DNA from: Macrostomum lignano
Taxonomy: Eukaryota
DNA length: 30,384 bases
Assembly: GCA_002269645.1 (NCBI GenBank)
Contig: NIVC01004950.1
Location: forward strand, 1-30,384
Direction of reading: 5' to 3'
This document shows, piece by piece, positions 21,133-30,384 of the stretch. The notes under the pieces were generated by a model, which ran no database searches, had not been told where the DNA came from, and saw only the letters and a list, made by a program, of their open reading frames with translations. A program made the translations under genes and the position numbers. Positions within the stretch are counted from its first letter, which is position 1; each line of letters begins with the position of its first letter.

Positions 21133-23957
21133 TATTTTCTTTTTATATCAATGAAGGTCAAATAATTAGATTAAATAATTTAATTAGACCAAATAACAAA
21201 GATTTTCTTTTGTAAAAAATGTTTTGAAAAGTTTTTTAAAGTCAGTACAATATGGTTCATAACTAGTTAGGCTAGTAAAATTAGTAATTATCATTACAAC
21301 TTACATTACAATTTATTACAATGATATTATTTCTATATTATTATCCACTACTAGTCTACTACTACTACTATTTAGCACTGGCAGACAAATAGTCCAAGTC
21401 CACTGGCCATTTAACCATGGCAGACAAATAGTCCTGGATCCTACTACTTTACTAGACACTCAGGATTGCATCGAAATGTAATATATATTTATATTGGTTC
21501 TTATGCTAATATATTAGGCCTAGATTATAAACATAATGTAGGCCTAGGCCTAGAGTAGATGAAGATTTATATTTGATCTAAGGTTTCGAATCCAGAATTT
21601 TGAAATAGCTAATATCAAGTATGCATCATTACTGAAATACAACGTTAAGTAAAAAATCTGCGGACGTATTGTTGAACTAGGGCCGACTATGGTCTATTTA
21701 ACAGGCTGTTAATAACAGCTAGGCCTATATAGAAATCAAATCAAAACTAAAACCATCTCAAAATAACAGTTAGCAGGAAATGTAGATTTTAGGCGGGTCA
21801 TAAAATGTTTGTTTTCTATTAGTCAATCGATTTAAATCACTGGTAAAAGTGTATTGTAATGAGTTTCAATTTTTATCACTTCGCTGTGTTGAGCCTGAAG
21901 CCATTCTCGACGGTTTGCTTAAATGGACCCATATTCAAAGAAACAGTAATTTAATTTGGTGGTTGAATTAGGCACTTAGCAATGGACTGACCAATCCTGT
22001 TGTCTAGCAGAACGTACAAGCGTAGCTTGTTCAAAGTAAAAAACATGTTCTGCTTTCATTCTCCTTTGAATCTAACTCTCAGCACAATTTAATGAAATGC
22101 GTATTGAATAAAATATTATAGGCTGCATTTTCGGCACATTTTTCGATACTAGAAAGAGTGGTCATTAATAACGCACTTCATGCGCTTTTAACGACTACTT
22201 CTACCACAAGCATACAAATCAAAGCATATCATAGCATACACTGTAGACTATAGTGACTATAAGTTTGATTCTCACCTGACCTGACTAATAATACGGCTTG
22301 CTCGTGGTTTCTATTGCATTGATTAAATGATTCCCTGTGCAGAATTACCCTGAAAAGGATAAACTCTGGAAATACATGGTATTCAGGACAGGACCGAGAA
22401 GCCATGAGTACAGCAGAGTAAAACTTCTATTGACTGAAGAATATTATAGTTTACTGAAATTTCTCAAATCATTTTGTTGTTGGAATCCTTGTCGGGATGT
22501 TTGTACACGCATTTTCGCGTTTTCCGATTTTTCAGGAACAGCGCATCTATACAAATTAAGTCGCGTCAGCTTTCCGTTTCCTAAGTATTTTCATTAAAAT
22601 TTAATAAACTAATGGAGTTATTAAGTTATAGTCTACTGAATTGTCACTTTCACTTTTTATGCATGTATATTCCACTAAAGGAATTGTGCATGAGCCTGTC
22701 GATCATTTCTACTGTTATGTATGTATATGCTATATAGCCAAACAACTTTATGAATTTTGGAAGCAAAAACGAAATTCGAAATTTTAGATCAGCATAGCTA
22801 CTAGTCGAAATGTCTGCAGACTTTATTCCGACCTATGTCGGCCTTAACGAAACGCTTTTTGCGTCCATTAAATTTTAAGTCACAAATCACATTTGTTTTT
22901 TGTCAGTAGTGTACATTTAATTCATTTCTTATTTTTCAATGTACTGATGATGCGCTTAAATAACTATTTTTGCAGAGGTGGCCATTAAACTCACGAAATA
23001 ATTTGGCCTAGCTGTTTATTGAGCATAAATTAGTACATACATGTAGTTATAGCCTGTATTTTACGTGTGTGTACGTGTACGCCGTAAACATTAATGTACA
23101 TGCGCAAACACAACATAAAAGCTATACGCGTCGCGACTGATTGAGAATGTACGATACATACATGTATACGAGCCACATAAGTGAACTGTACATTTTGGTA
23201 GTTAATTTGCGTCTTTTAAAAATCTGTCAGTGATTTTAATTGAGTTGAATATTTATAAAATGATATCTTATTTTTACGGCCACTGCTGATGCACCTGCAC
23301 ACGTATGTGAGCTAGTTTATGAACAGGAAGTCGAGAATACAAATCATTTTAGTAATTTGCTTCTTCAGTCACCTTATGAAGCTATAACATTAATAATACT
23401 TGATTTTTATTGCTAAAATGATGGTGATATCGGGTTGCGGGCAATTGCAAAACACGGCGACAAAGATTAATAATAACGATTACTTAATACATTTGCATTC
23501 TAACACTCGTGTGCAATTAATAGCATCCTATGTTGCGAAATATTGAAGCAGCTATAATAAAGAGATAATGAAATAAATAACAGCTTTCCAAAAAAACAGT
23601 ACATAAGCTAAGTTTGATCAATCAGAATGTGAGATTGATTAGCTATTTTTATATATCAGCATGCTGATATTATAAGCAATTAATATCAATTAAAAAGCAA
23701 TTAAAGGTGTGAAAGAGAACGACAAGATATCGGGAAGAAAAGCGAACAGAAATCGATGAACTGCTTAGTGGGAGAGAAAGTAATGAACTGGGGGGCTCGA
23801 AGATTTTTTTAATTGAATATTTTTGTTTTAAGTTTATAATTAGGTAACAATCCAAAGGTGAATGCACGAGTTCTTTTTCTGAGTCCAACACAGAGCGAAA
23901 AAAACGGATGCAAGAATCAGCCGGGGGGAGGCTTTGGTGTTGACTTCAAGTTGACGC

Positions 23958-24044
23958 TTAGCTCTCAGCCGGGGCGGCCTCCCCGGCCTCGCCGCCCTCC
24001 TCCGGTTTCTCCTTCTTCTCCTTGGTCCACTCCGGCTTTTCCGA
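23958..24044 (-). CDS. TnI: Troponin I last coding exon (SEKPEWTKEKKEKPEEGGEAGEAAPAES*)
   Basis: GCAATTGCAG| acceptor, phase 0. KPEW resembles the invertebrate TnI C-terminal KP(D/E)W motif. TAA at 23960-23958. Confidence 0.82.
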   Translation of the reverse strand, partial: SEKPEWTKEKKEKPEEGGEAGEAAPAES

Positions 24045-24297
24045 CTGCAATTGCAGGATTGGAGTGGGTTGTCGGGATCGAGACTTGCATGTACGTCGTA
24101 AGCTTATAATCGTGATTTGAAAACTGAGCAGTATCAGTTATATAGCTGCAAATTGCTGTTTTTGATCCAAGTGTGCTAGAAAAGCAGGGGTGGGCAAACT
24201 TCGGCCGGTCATAAGTGGCCCACAAAGCCTCTCTATCCGACCCTCGGGTCCTTGGACACTTTAGAATGGCAATCCGACCCGCTCAAGGTTTGTTTCT

Positions 24298-24457
24298 TCT
24301 CCTCTCCTCTCCTCTCCTCTCCTCTCCTCTCCTCTCCTCTCCTCTCCTCTCCTCTCCTCTCCTCTCCTCTCCTCTCCTCTCCTCTTCCTCTCCTCTCCTC
24401 TCCTCTCCTCTCCTCTCCTCTCCTCTCCTCTCCTCTCCTCTCCTCTCCTCTCCTCTC
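24298..24457. repeat. (CTCCT)n pentanucleotide microsatellite, about 32 units, in the last troponin I intron
   Basis: Direct reading of the sequence. Confidence 0.97.
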
Positions 24458-24728
24458 ATCTCATTCCTTCTCACTCATCTCTTTTCTCATAGCCTCTTTC
24501 ATCTCACCTCCCCTCTCTTTTGTCATCTCCTCTTTCTTCTCTCTCCTCCATTCCCTCTCCTTTCCACTCTCATCTGGCCCGCAGCCATGAGCTGGATTCT
24601 TTATCTGGCCCTTGAGGTAAAAAGTTTGCTGACCTCCATATAAGAGGCCTGAGCCTAATGAAACGGAACAGCGCTCCCGTTGCCATCAACCATAATAAAA
24701 CCTACAGAGAGGCAGCAGCAACACTCAC

Positions 24729-25018
24729 TTCTTCCTTCTCCTCCAGGGCGTACTTGTCCTGGCCAGTGGACTTGAGACCCTCGCGGAAGGAAGCGGCGCT
24801 GGCTTTGTTCTTCTTTTTCAGCTTCTCCAGACGCTGCTCAGTCTTAGAGACCTTCTTCAGCACCGGCTTTGTGAACTTGCCCTTCGACTCGTTCACTTTA
24901 GCCTCCATTGCATTGATCTCCAGATCCAGGTTGTGGATCTTCATCTCCCAGTCGTACTTCTCAGCCTCGAGCTGAGCCATCTTCCTGTACAACTCCTTCA
25001 CCTTGCTCTCCAGCTGGT
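24729..25018 (-). CDS. TnI: Troponin I core exon (IT-arm coiled coil, inhibitory region KGKFTKPVLKKVSK)
   Basis: ACCGCAG| acceptor, |GTGAGT donor, phase 1 to 0. LEAEKYDWE and KGKF.KP.LKKVSK are troponin I hallmarks. Confidence 0.92.
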
Positions 25019-25114
25019 CTGCGGTCGGTAATTACATGTAAATGTTGAAATCAGATTATGTAAATTCACATTCACCTGTCGTCTGATAATTGTAAGTTGT
25101 ATAAATTTGCTCAC

Positions 25115-25424
25115 CCTTGCTGAGGCCCGAAATGTTGAGCTCGCCGACTACCGACTTGAGGTGGTTCTCGCGCTCCTGAGCCTTGCGCTTCTGCTCGGCG
25201 CGCATCTCTTCAGCTGCCTTCTGCATGATCAGCTGCTTCAGCAGGCGCTTCTTCTCCGGGGTCATTGTGACACCCTTCTTCTTCTTGCCCTTGCCGCCCT
25301 TCTTTGAGGCGGCGGCTGCGGCCTCTTCGGCTTTGCGGGCCTCCTCGGCGCGACGGCGCTCTTCGGCTTCCTCCTCACGACGGCGCTCTTCGGCCTCCTC
25401 TTCGCGACGGCGCCGCTCTGCTTC
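25115..25424 (-). CDS. TnI: Troponin I core exon (…GVTMTPEKKRLLKQLIMQKAAEEMRAEQ…)
   Basis: CTCTACAG| acceptor, G|GTGAGC donor, phase 0 to 1. TPEKKRLLKQLIMQKAAEE matches the invertebrate troponin I (T/S)PE(R/K)KK.L..L...KAAE.L motif. Confidence 0.9.
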
Positions 25425-25483
25425 CTGTAGAGTCAATAGGAATTTTAATGAGACGTTGAGTTTTGGTAACCTTTGTGGGGGGG

Positions 25484-25941
25484 TGGAGCTTGAGTTAAGC
25501 TTGGTTGAGCTTGGGTTGAGCTTGGGCTGAAGCTTGGGTTGAGCATGAATTGAGCCTTGGTTGAGCTTGGGTTGAGATTGGGTTGAGATTGGGTTGAGAT
25601 TGGGTTGAGATTGGGTTGAGATTGGGTTGAGATTGGGTTGAGATTGGGTTGAGATTGGGTTGAGATTGGGTTGAGATTGGGTTGAGATTGGGTTGAGATT
25701 GGGTTGAGATTGGTTTGAGATTGGGTTGAGATTGGGTTGAGATTGGGTTGAGATTGGGCTGAAGCTTGCTTGGGCATGAATTGAGCTTTGGTTGAGCTTG
25801 GGTTGAGATTGGGTTGAGCTTGGGTTGAGATTGGGTTGAGATTGGGTTGAGCTTGGGTTGAGATTGGGTTGAGATTGGGTTGAGCTTGGGCTGAAGCTTG
25901 GGTTGAGATTGGGTTGAGCTTGGGTTGAGATTGGGTTGAAT
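25484..25941. repeat. 11-bp minisatellite (GAGATTGGGTT / GAGCTTGGGTT), about 40 units, in a troponin I intron
   Basis: Direct reading. The variant block GGGCTGAAGCTTG..GCATGAATTGAGC recurs near 25523 and 25757. Confidence 0.96.
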
Positions 25942-26012
25942 TTCGGTTAAGCTCGGGCGGGAAGATGAGAACCCCACTCCCTGAACGGTAAGCAACAGCT
26001 ACAGCTGTTTAC

Positions 26013-26123
26013 CTCCTCGCGCCGACGTTTCTCAGCTTCGGCCCGCTCCCGTTCCTCCTCCTCCTCCTGCTGCTGGCGGCGACGTCGCTCGGCAGCTTCC
26101 TCTTCCTCAGCTCGCCGGCGATC
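26013..26123 (-). CDS. TnI: Troponin I E/R-rich exon (DRRRAEEEEAAERRRRQQQEEEEERERAEAEKRRREE)
   Basis: GCTTTCAG| acceptor, |GTAAAC donor, 111 nt, phase 0-0. Confidence 0.85.
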
Positions 26124-26206
26124 CTGAAAGCCGATGCGCCAGCCACAAGCGTCAATGCAGGAATCAATCAAGCTCATCAACGAAGGCGTCGAGAAAAAAT
26201 ACTCAC

Positions 26207-26287
26207 ATCGTCGTCGCCTCCGCCACCGCCGCCGGAGGGCTCCTCGGCCGGGGCGGACTCGGCCGGGGCGGACTCGGCCGGAGCGGA
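26207..26287 (-). CDS. TnI: Troponin I N-terminal extension exon (SAPAESAPAESAPAEEPSGGGGGGDDD)
   Basis: TTTCCCGCTTTCCAG| acceptor, |GTGAGT donor, 81 nt, phase 0-0, with an internal 15-bp SAPAE repeat. Confidence 0.78.
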
Positions 26288-26900
26288 CTGGAAAGCGGGA
26301 AAGAAAGTCCTTCGAGTTAGCATAGTCCATGAAACAAGCAGGTCTGTTACAGGTTCTCATGCCTCTTATAAATATTTACGAGCATGCTTTGATACAGAGC
26401 TTCGGATTTTATCATCAGTGGGGAGTAAACAGGTCTATAAAAAATAATGTGAAGTACTTTAAAGCAGAAGGTCGCGAGATAAGCACATATTGTGGGACGC
26501 ACGCCAATGTCTCTGAATAAGACTTGTTGAGAAGTCACTCACCGCACTTCTCAGGATCTTGAGCAAGCGCGCTCAAGATGTATTACCGATCGCAAAAGCA
26601 GAGCATCCACTCATTAAAGATTTTTTACGAGTGCCAATTGGCAATAGAAAATGAAAATAAAAGAATAGTTAACAAAAAAGTCATCTCTAATGCAGCTAAA
26701 TACATTTTGATGCATTTTATGAATTCGTAGCTGAGGTTAGTAGAAAAAATGGATACAGCAAGACACCCCAACAAAAAGCACATCGGAATGTCAGTGATTA
26801 GATCAGATCCGGGACAGCAGAATACTTGAATGTATTTATACTAAAAGCTAGGAATCTCCGGCTTCCGTTCAGTTTGTGTGGGTCGATCGGCTTCACTCAC

Positions 26901-26978
26901 GGGTGCCTCAGACTCCGCTGCGTCTTCCTCTTCGCCACGCCTGCGTCGGCGCCTTGACGAATCAGCCGCCGGCGCCTC
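26901..26978 (-). CDS. TnI: Troponin I N-terminal extension exon (EAPAADSSRRRRRRGEEEDAAESEAP)
   Basis: AATAATAG| acceptor, |GTGAGT donor, 78 nt, phase 0-0. Confidence 0.72.
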
Positions 26979-27835
26979 CTATTATTGTAGCAATTATTAA
27001 TTTATCGGCTGAACTAGCCAGGAACAGTCTGTTCGGCTTGGAACAAGAAGCAGTCATTGAACCATCGTGCAAAGCATGGGGGGTTAAGGTTCGTTGTCCC
27101 TTGCTGACAAATTACAAAATTACAAAACTTTTTTGCTTTTGCCATGCAAAGTTAGAAAACGGACATCCAAAGTTGAAAAGCTTCTAGAAAAAAGAGAACA
27201 AAGATTTCTGACTGAGAAACATAACTTAGAGACGAGCAAATCTATGGCCTAGCGGTATTCTGTATGCTTTCAACTCGGGATGTCGTTAGCACGATAATAT
27301 GAGAAATGCTATGCTAGGTTTAACAGAAAAAACTCATTCGAATATTCTAAAATATTTTTCTATACCGAATTAACCTACTGACATTAATATTATGGCAAAA
27401 TACTAATCCAAAATATCACTCAAGGTTTGAGTTGTGAAATTAAAAAAAAACTGTTGATATTGATAACCCGTTGTTAGTTAATACAGTACGAATGCGAAGC
27501 GCGATACAGGCCGCCCTCTACCAAACTGAGATGCAAAATAATATGCTCGAGAACAACATACAGTATATGCATTAGCAGGCATGGACTATGAGAATTCGAT
27601 AGTTTTCTTTTCTAGGCTCTACTGTAATGGACTGCTGATCAAAACTATTCCGAGCGAGCTGGGTCTGACAGTCAAATCCGTGATAAAGCGCAACTTTACA
27701 ACGCAACAGGAGTATTTATGAGCGCAACTGTAAGCTCCAACTGGAACGCAGAAAGCGCCTAGCAACGGTAGCTCTCACTTGCTCTAATTGTTCCATTGTA
27801 ATCCCGGTGATTCCTTAGTAAGCTTCTATACTCAC

Positions 27836-27839
27836 GATA
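27836..27839 (-). CDS. TnI: Troponin I candidate 4-nt microexon TATC (or 16 nt from an upstream GAG acceptor)
   Basis: Minus strand reads CACTAATCGAGTATCATCGATAG|TATC|GTGAGTAT: branch-point-like CTAAT, TAG acceptor, consensus donor. It converts phase 2 to phase 0, exactly as needed between exon 1 and the 26978 exon. Confidence 0.45.
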
Positions 27840-28124
27840 CTATCGATGATACTCGATTAGTGATAAAACACGTTGAGGATTCAAACATAGAAAAAGACAA
27901 TTACTTAACAGATGGAAGCTGAAGAGAAATTGACTGCTGCATCGAAGTTACCTAATAGGGGATCGAATGATTAATAGCTCCAGTATCATACCTCTTCGGT
28001 TCTGGAATGAAAGGGGAGGTTTAATTCGAGAGGGTAATAACAACTCACTAGCATATTGCCGATCATTCAAACAGTACTATGACAAGAATGATTGTTAAAG
28101 CTTTGCTATTAGGTGTTTACTCAC

Positions 28125-28177
28125 GCCTGCTGCCTCGCCCTGCGTCGGGCGGCGCGTCGCTCGTCCATGTCGCTCAT
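28125..28177 (-). CDS. TnI: Troponin I, first coding exon (MSDMDERRAARRRARQQ-A)
   Basis: ACAATGAGC start at 28177, Arg-rich charged N-terminus of the same composition as the following exons, GC|GTGAGT donor, 53 nt, phase 2. Confidence 0.7.
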
Positions 28178-28349
28178 TGTTGCTGCTGTTCTTTCGACGG
28201 CAGGTTAAACAATAAACAGAAAATTTGCTACTCGGAGTGGGGCGACAAACGAAACTAAGAACACGACCTGTAATGAAGGCTGCCTACATTAAGGTTGAGC
28301 TTCTAATTTTGGTATTGCACACACTGGGTCCGAACAATCTTGGACTTAC

Positions 28350-28530
28350 CTGTGTCTAGATGCCGGGGACTGTCGAGCGAAAGAGTTGGAGACGCGACAG
28401 AAAGGATGAAGGAGTGGTGCAAGGCCTTCAATGCCGGGTCACTGGGCTGCCTAAATAGAACCGAGGAAAAGGCGCGGGCGGGAGGTAGGGGAGAACGAAG
28501 AGGAACTGCAGTAGGCAAGGGTTAGAGGGG
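28350..28530 (-). other. Putative non-coding 5'-UTR exon of troponin I (5' boundary uncertain)
   Basis: Consensus donor CAG|GTAAGT at 28349 upstream of the ATG exon, and a pyrimidine tract with AG candidates at about 28191-28186. No expression evidence. Confidence 0.35.
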
Positions 28531-30384
28531 CCGGGTGGGTAGGAAATGTCAGGTCGAGCTTTGCGCTTACAATTCTTCCGCTAGCGTCGAAAAAATCATT
28601 GCCCATGTGCGCTGCGCCGCAGCCTCCAAGTCAGAACCTTAGCTGCGCCACCATTTGGATCGATAAATAGCGCAGTGCGGCCCCGCGGGTCCGGGATGGG
28701 CCTTCAGAAATACCTTTTCCGTCCGCATCCCGAAGTTTCTGCTGTCTAATACGGTTTCTTGCAGGGAGAGAGAGAGGGAGGTAGATTGGGTGAAAGGCGA
28801 GCAGAGAGGAGCCAAATGGCATGCATTCGTGAAGTTTCCACTGGCATCGGCCTCTACACTGCTTTACCTTTACAGGTACGCGTTCAGCCGTTCCAGTCTT
28901 GGCATCTCCCCCCTCGCTGCCGCTGCGCGTGCAGGAGCAGGAACTGTTTCTCCCTCCGATGACACACGGAAAGTTTTGGAAGCTTTCGAGATCCATTCGG
29001 GAGCGCATGCGGCGCGGAAGGAACAAGGAGGTTTAATGCAAGATTTGCCTAGACCGTATTGCAACTTCGATCTTATTGGGACGCGTTGCTGCAGTGCTGA
29101 ACTTTCTGCTGGCGTTCCGAATAGCTGCGCTATCAATCCAAGATTGGTTCGAAAGACTCCTCAGTGTGAACGGCCTTTATTTCGTACCTCCATGGGCCTG
29201 TAGTAGTGTTGTGAACATTTTTAGAGATGGTGATTGTATCACAAAAACGAAACTACAAATGCATTAAACGTATCATAGCAGAAGTAGTTCTCGAGATCCG
29301 TCTTTATACAGGTCTTTGTTGGCTATAGCATCCTGTATGAAATCTGAAGAAACATTTCTATAAGCATCAATAAAACAGTTCGACAAAATGTTGAGTGATT
29401 AATTAGTAATTTTTTTGTTTAATTTCATATCTTGCTACTTTAAGTAGTCGGTAAGTCCAATTAGAATTAAATTTTCGTCCAATTTAAGTGCTGGTCACTT
29501 TTAACCGCTTGCTCAACAGGAATCGCGGTTTAATGATTGAGCTCACACCACTTGCAACGTCACTGAAACAATTTTTTTCGTCCGGTCTACAACTCAATTC
29601 ATGAATAATTCAGGGTTCTGCCTCAATCTTCTCGGCAGGATGGGAATGAGGCCTAGCGCTGTACGACTCTCTCTTCCCTGCCCTAGACCAGCATTACCGG
29701 GTGACTGGGAAGTATTTATACGCGCCAAGAGAGGCCCGAGACAATTTTTCAGCGATCAATAAGCCCAAGTTACAAACTACCGCAGCCCTGTTGCCCTCTC
29801 CTGTTCGTCCTCTGCACGCGCTGCTTCTGAAAGATTCTAGCATGCAAATGCGCTAGAGCACGCACTTGGGACCAACAAAATCGCACTGCGCCAGTGTTTG
29901 CCAGATTCAGGCTCAGCAGAATGACTGGACTCGCGCCTCCTCCAGTGCGAACTTGGACAAGTGTGCATGCAGTGCAGGAATCCGATTTGCTCGCGTCAAC
30001 TCCGATTTTTCCGTCTCCGAGTATAAATATTTGACGCATCCTCCCCATTCCAGATTCGAACTGAGAGCTTCCTTTCTAGTGTTCTTGAATACAGGCAGAG
30101 AACTGCTTTTATTTTGCTTATAGCTGTGTTACTCGGACTTGAGCACTCGGACTTGAAACATAACGCTGTCAATGTTCTGTGCGGATACACTCATCCCAGC
30201 GATGTCTCTCCATTGCTTTCCAATCATTTTTTCGCATAATCAATGCAGATTCTTGCCTCACCCCTTATCCCCTTACGTGCTCGCATGCAGATGGGCTTCA
30301 AATAGCATTCTCTCTGCTGCCCACTCTGTTTCGGATAACATTGCTAAAAGGCAGTCGCGGCAGCCGTCGCTCGCATCACTCTCT

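Noticed and set aside
21575-21600. TTCGAATCC T-loop-like motif suggesting a tRNA
   Set aside because: No cloverleaf stems or A-box around it.
24215-24643. LLSSP / RRGEE repeat ORFs
   Set aside because: Translations of (CTCCT)n.
25445-25995. ORFs with QSQPNLNPIST repeats
   Set aside because: Stop-free frames of the 11-bp repeat inside a GT-AG troponin I intron.
28631-30190. Several 60-137-aa ORFs upstream of troponin I
   Set aside because: No recognisable domain or consistent splice structure. Probably promoter or intergenic DNA. A BLASTX search would be needed to exclude a TE or gene fragment.
1-30384. Spliced-leader RNA gene
   Set aside because: I could not recognise an SL exon followed by a donor and Sm site anywhere in the window. 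Trans-splicing remains only a hypothesis.

Overview
Eukaryotic (animal) genomic DNA with GC-rich exons and AT-rich, repeat-laden introns. A free-living flatworm such as Macrostomum is a reasonable guess from composition and the troponin I type, but this is inference only. Three spliced protein-coding genes lie in tandem on the minus strand, reconstructed by hand from GT-AG sites and reading phase: (1) invertebrate troponin I (ATG 28177 to TAA 23958, about 337 aa, needing a candidate 4-nt microexon to stay in frame); (2) an IGF2BP/Imp-family RNA-binding protein (1 RRM + 4 KH, ATG 18227 to about 13956) whose assembled sequence carries at least 3 single-base frameshifts; (3) a divergent LKB1/STK11 (PAR-4) kinase (about 7020 to 2878) that ends in a polybasic CaaX motif and has no in-frame start codon before a 28-bp minisatellite. 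Non-coding DNA holds several mini/microsatellites (52, 50, 28, about 20, 11 and 5 bp units), a roughly 1-kb foldback element with a second partial copy in the kinase intron, a MITE-like inverted repeat, a 270-bp duplication, and sharply bounded CpG-free blocks that suggest methylation-driven decay of old repeats. No rRNA, tRNA, CRISPR array or intact transposase/RT was seen. I did not find a convincing wholly new multi-gene system; the best leads are splicing and translation-start oddities and the methylation footprint.
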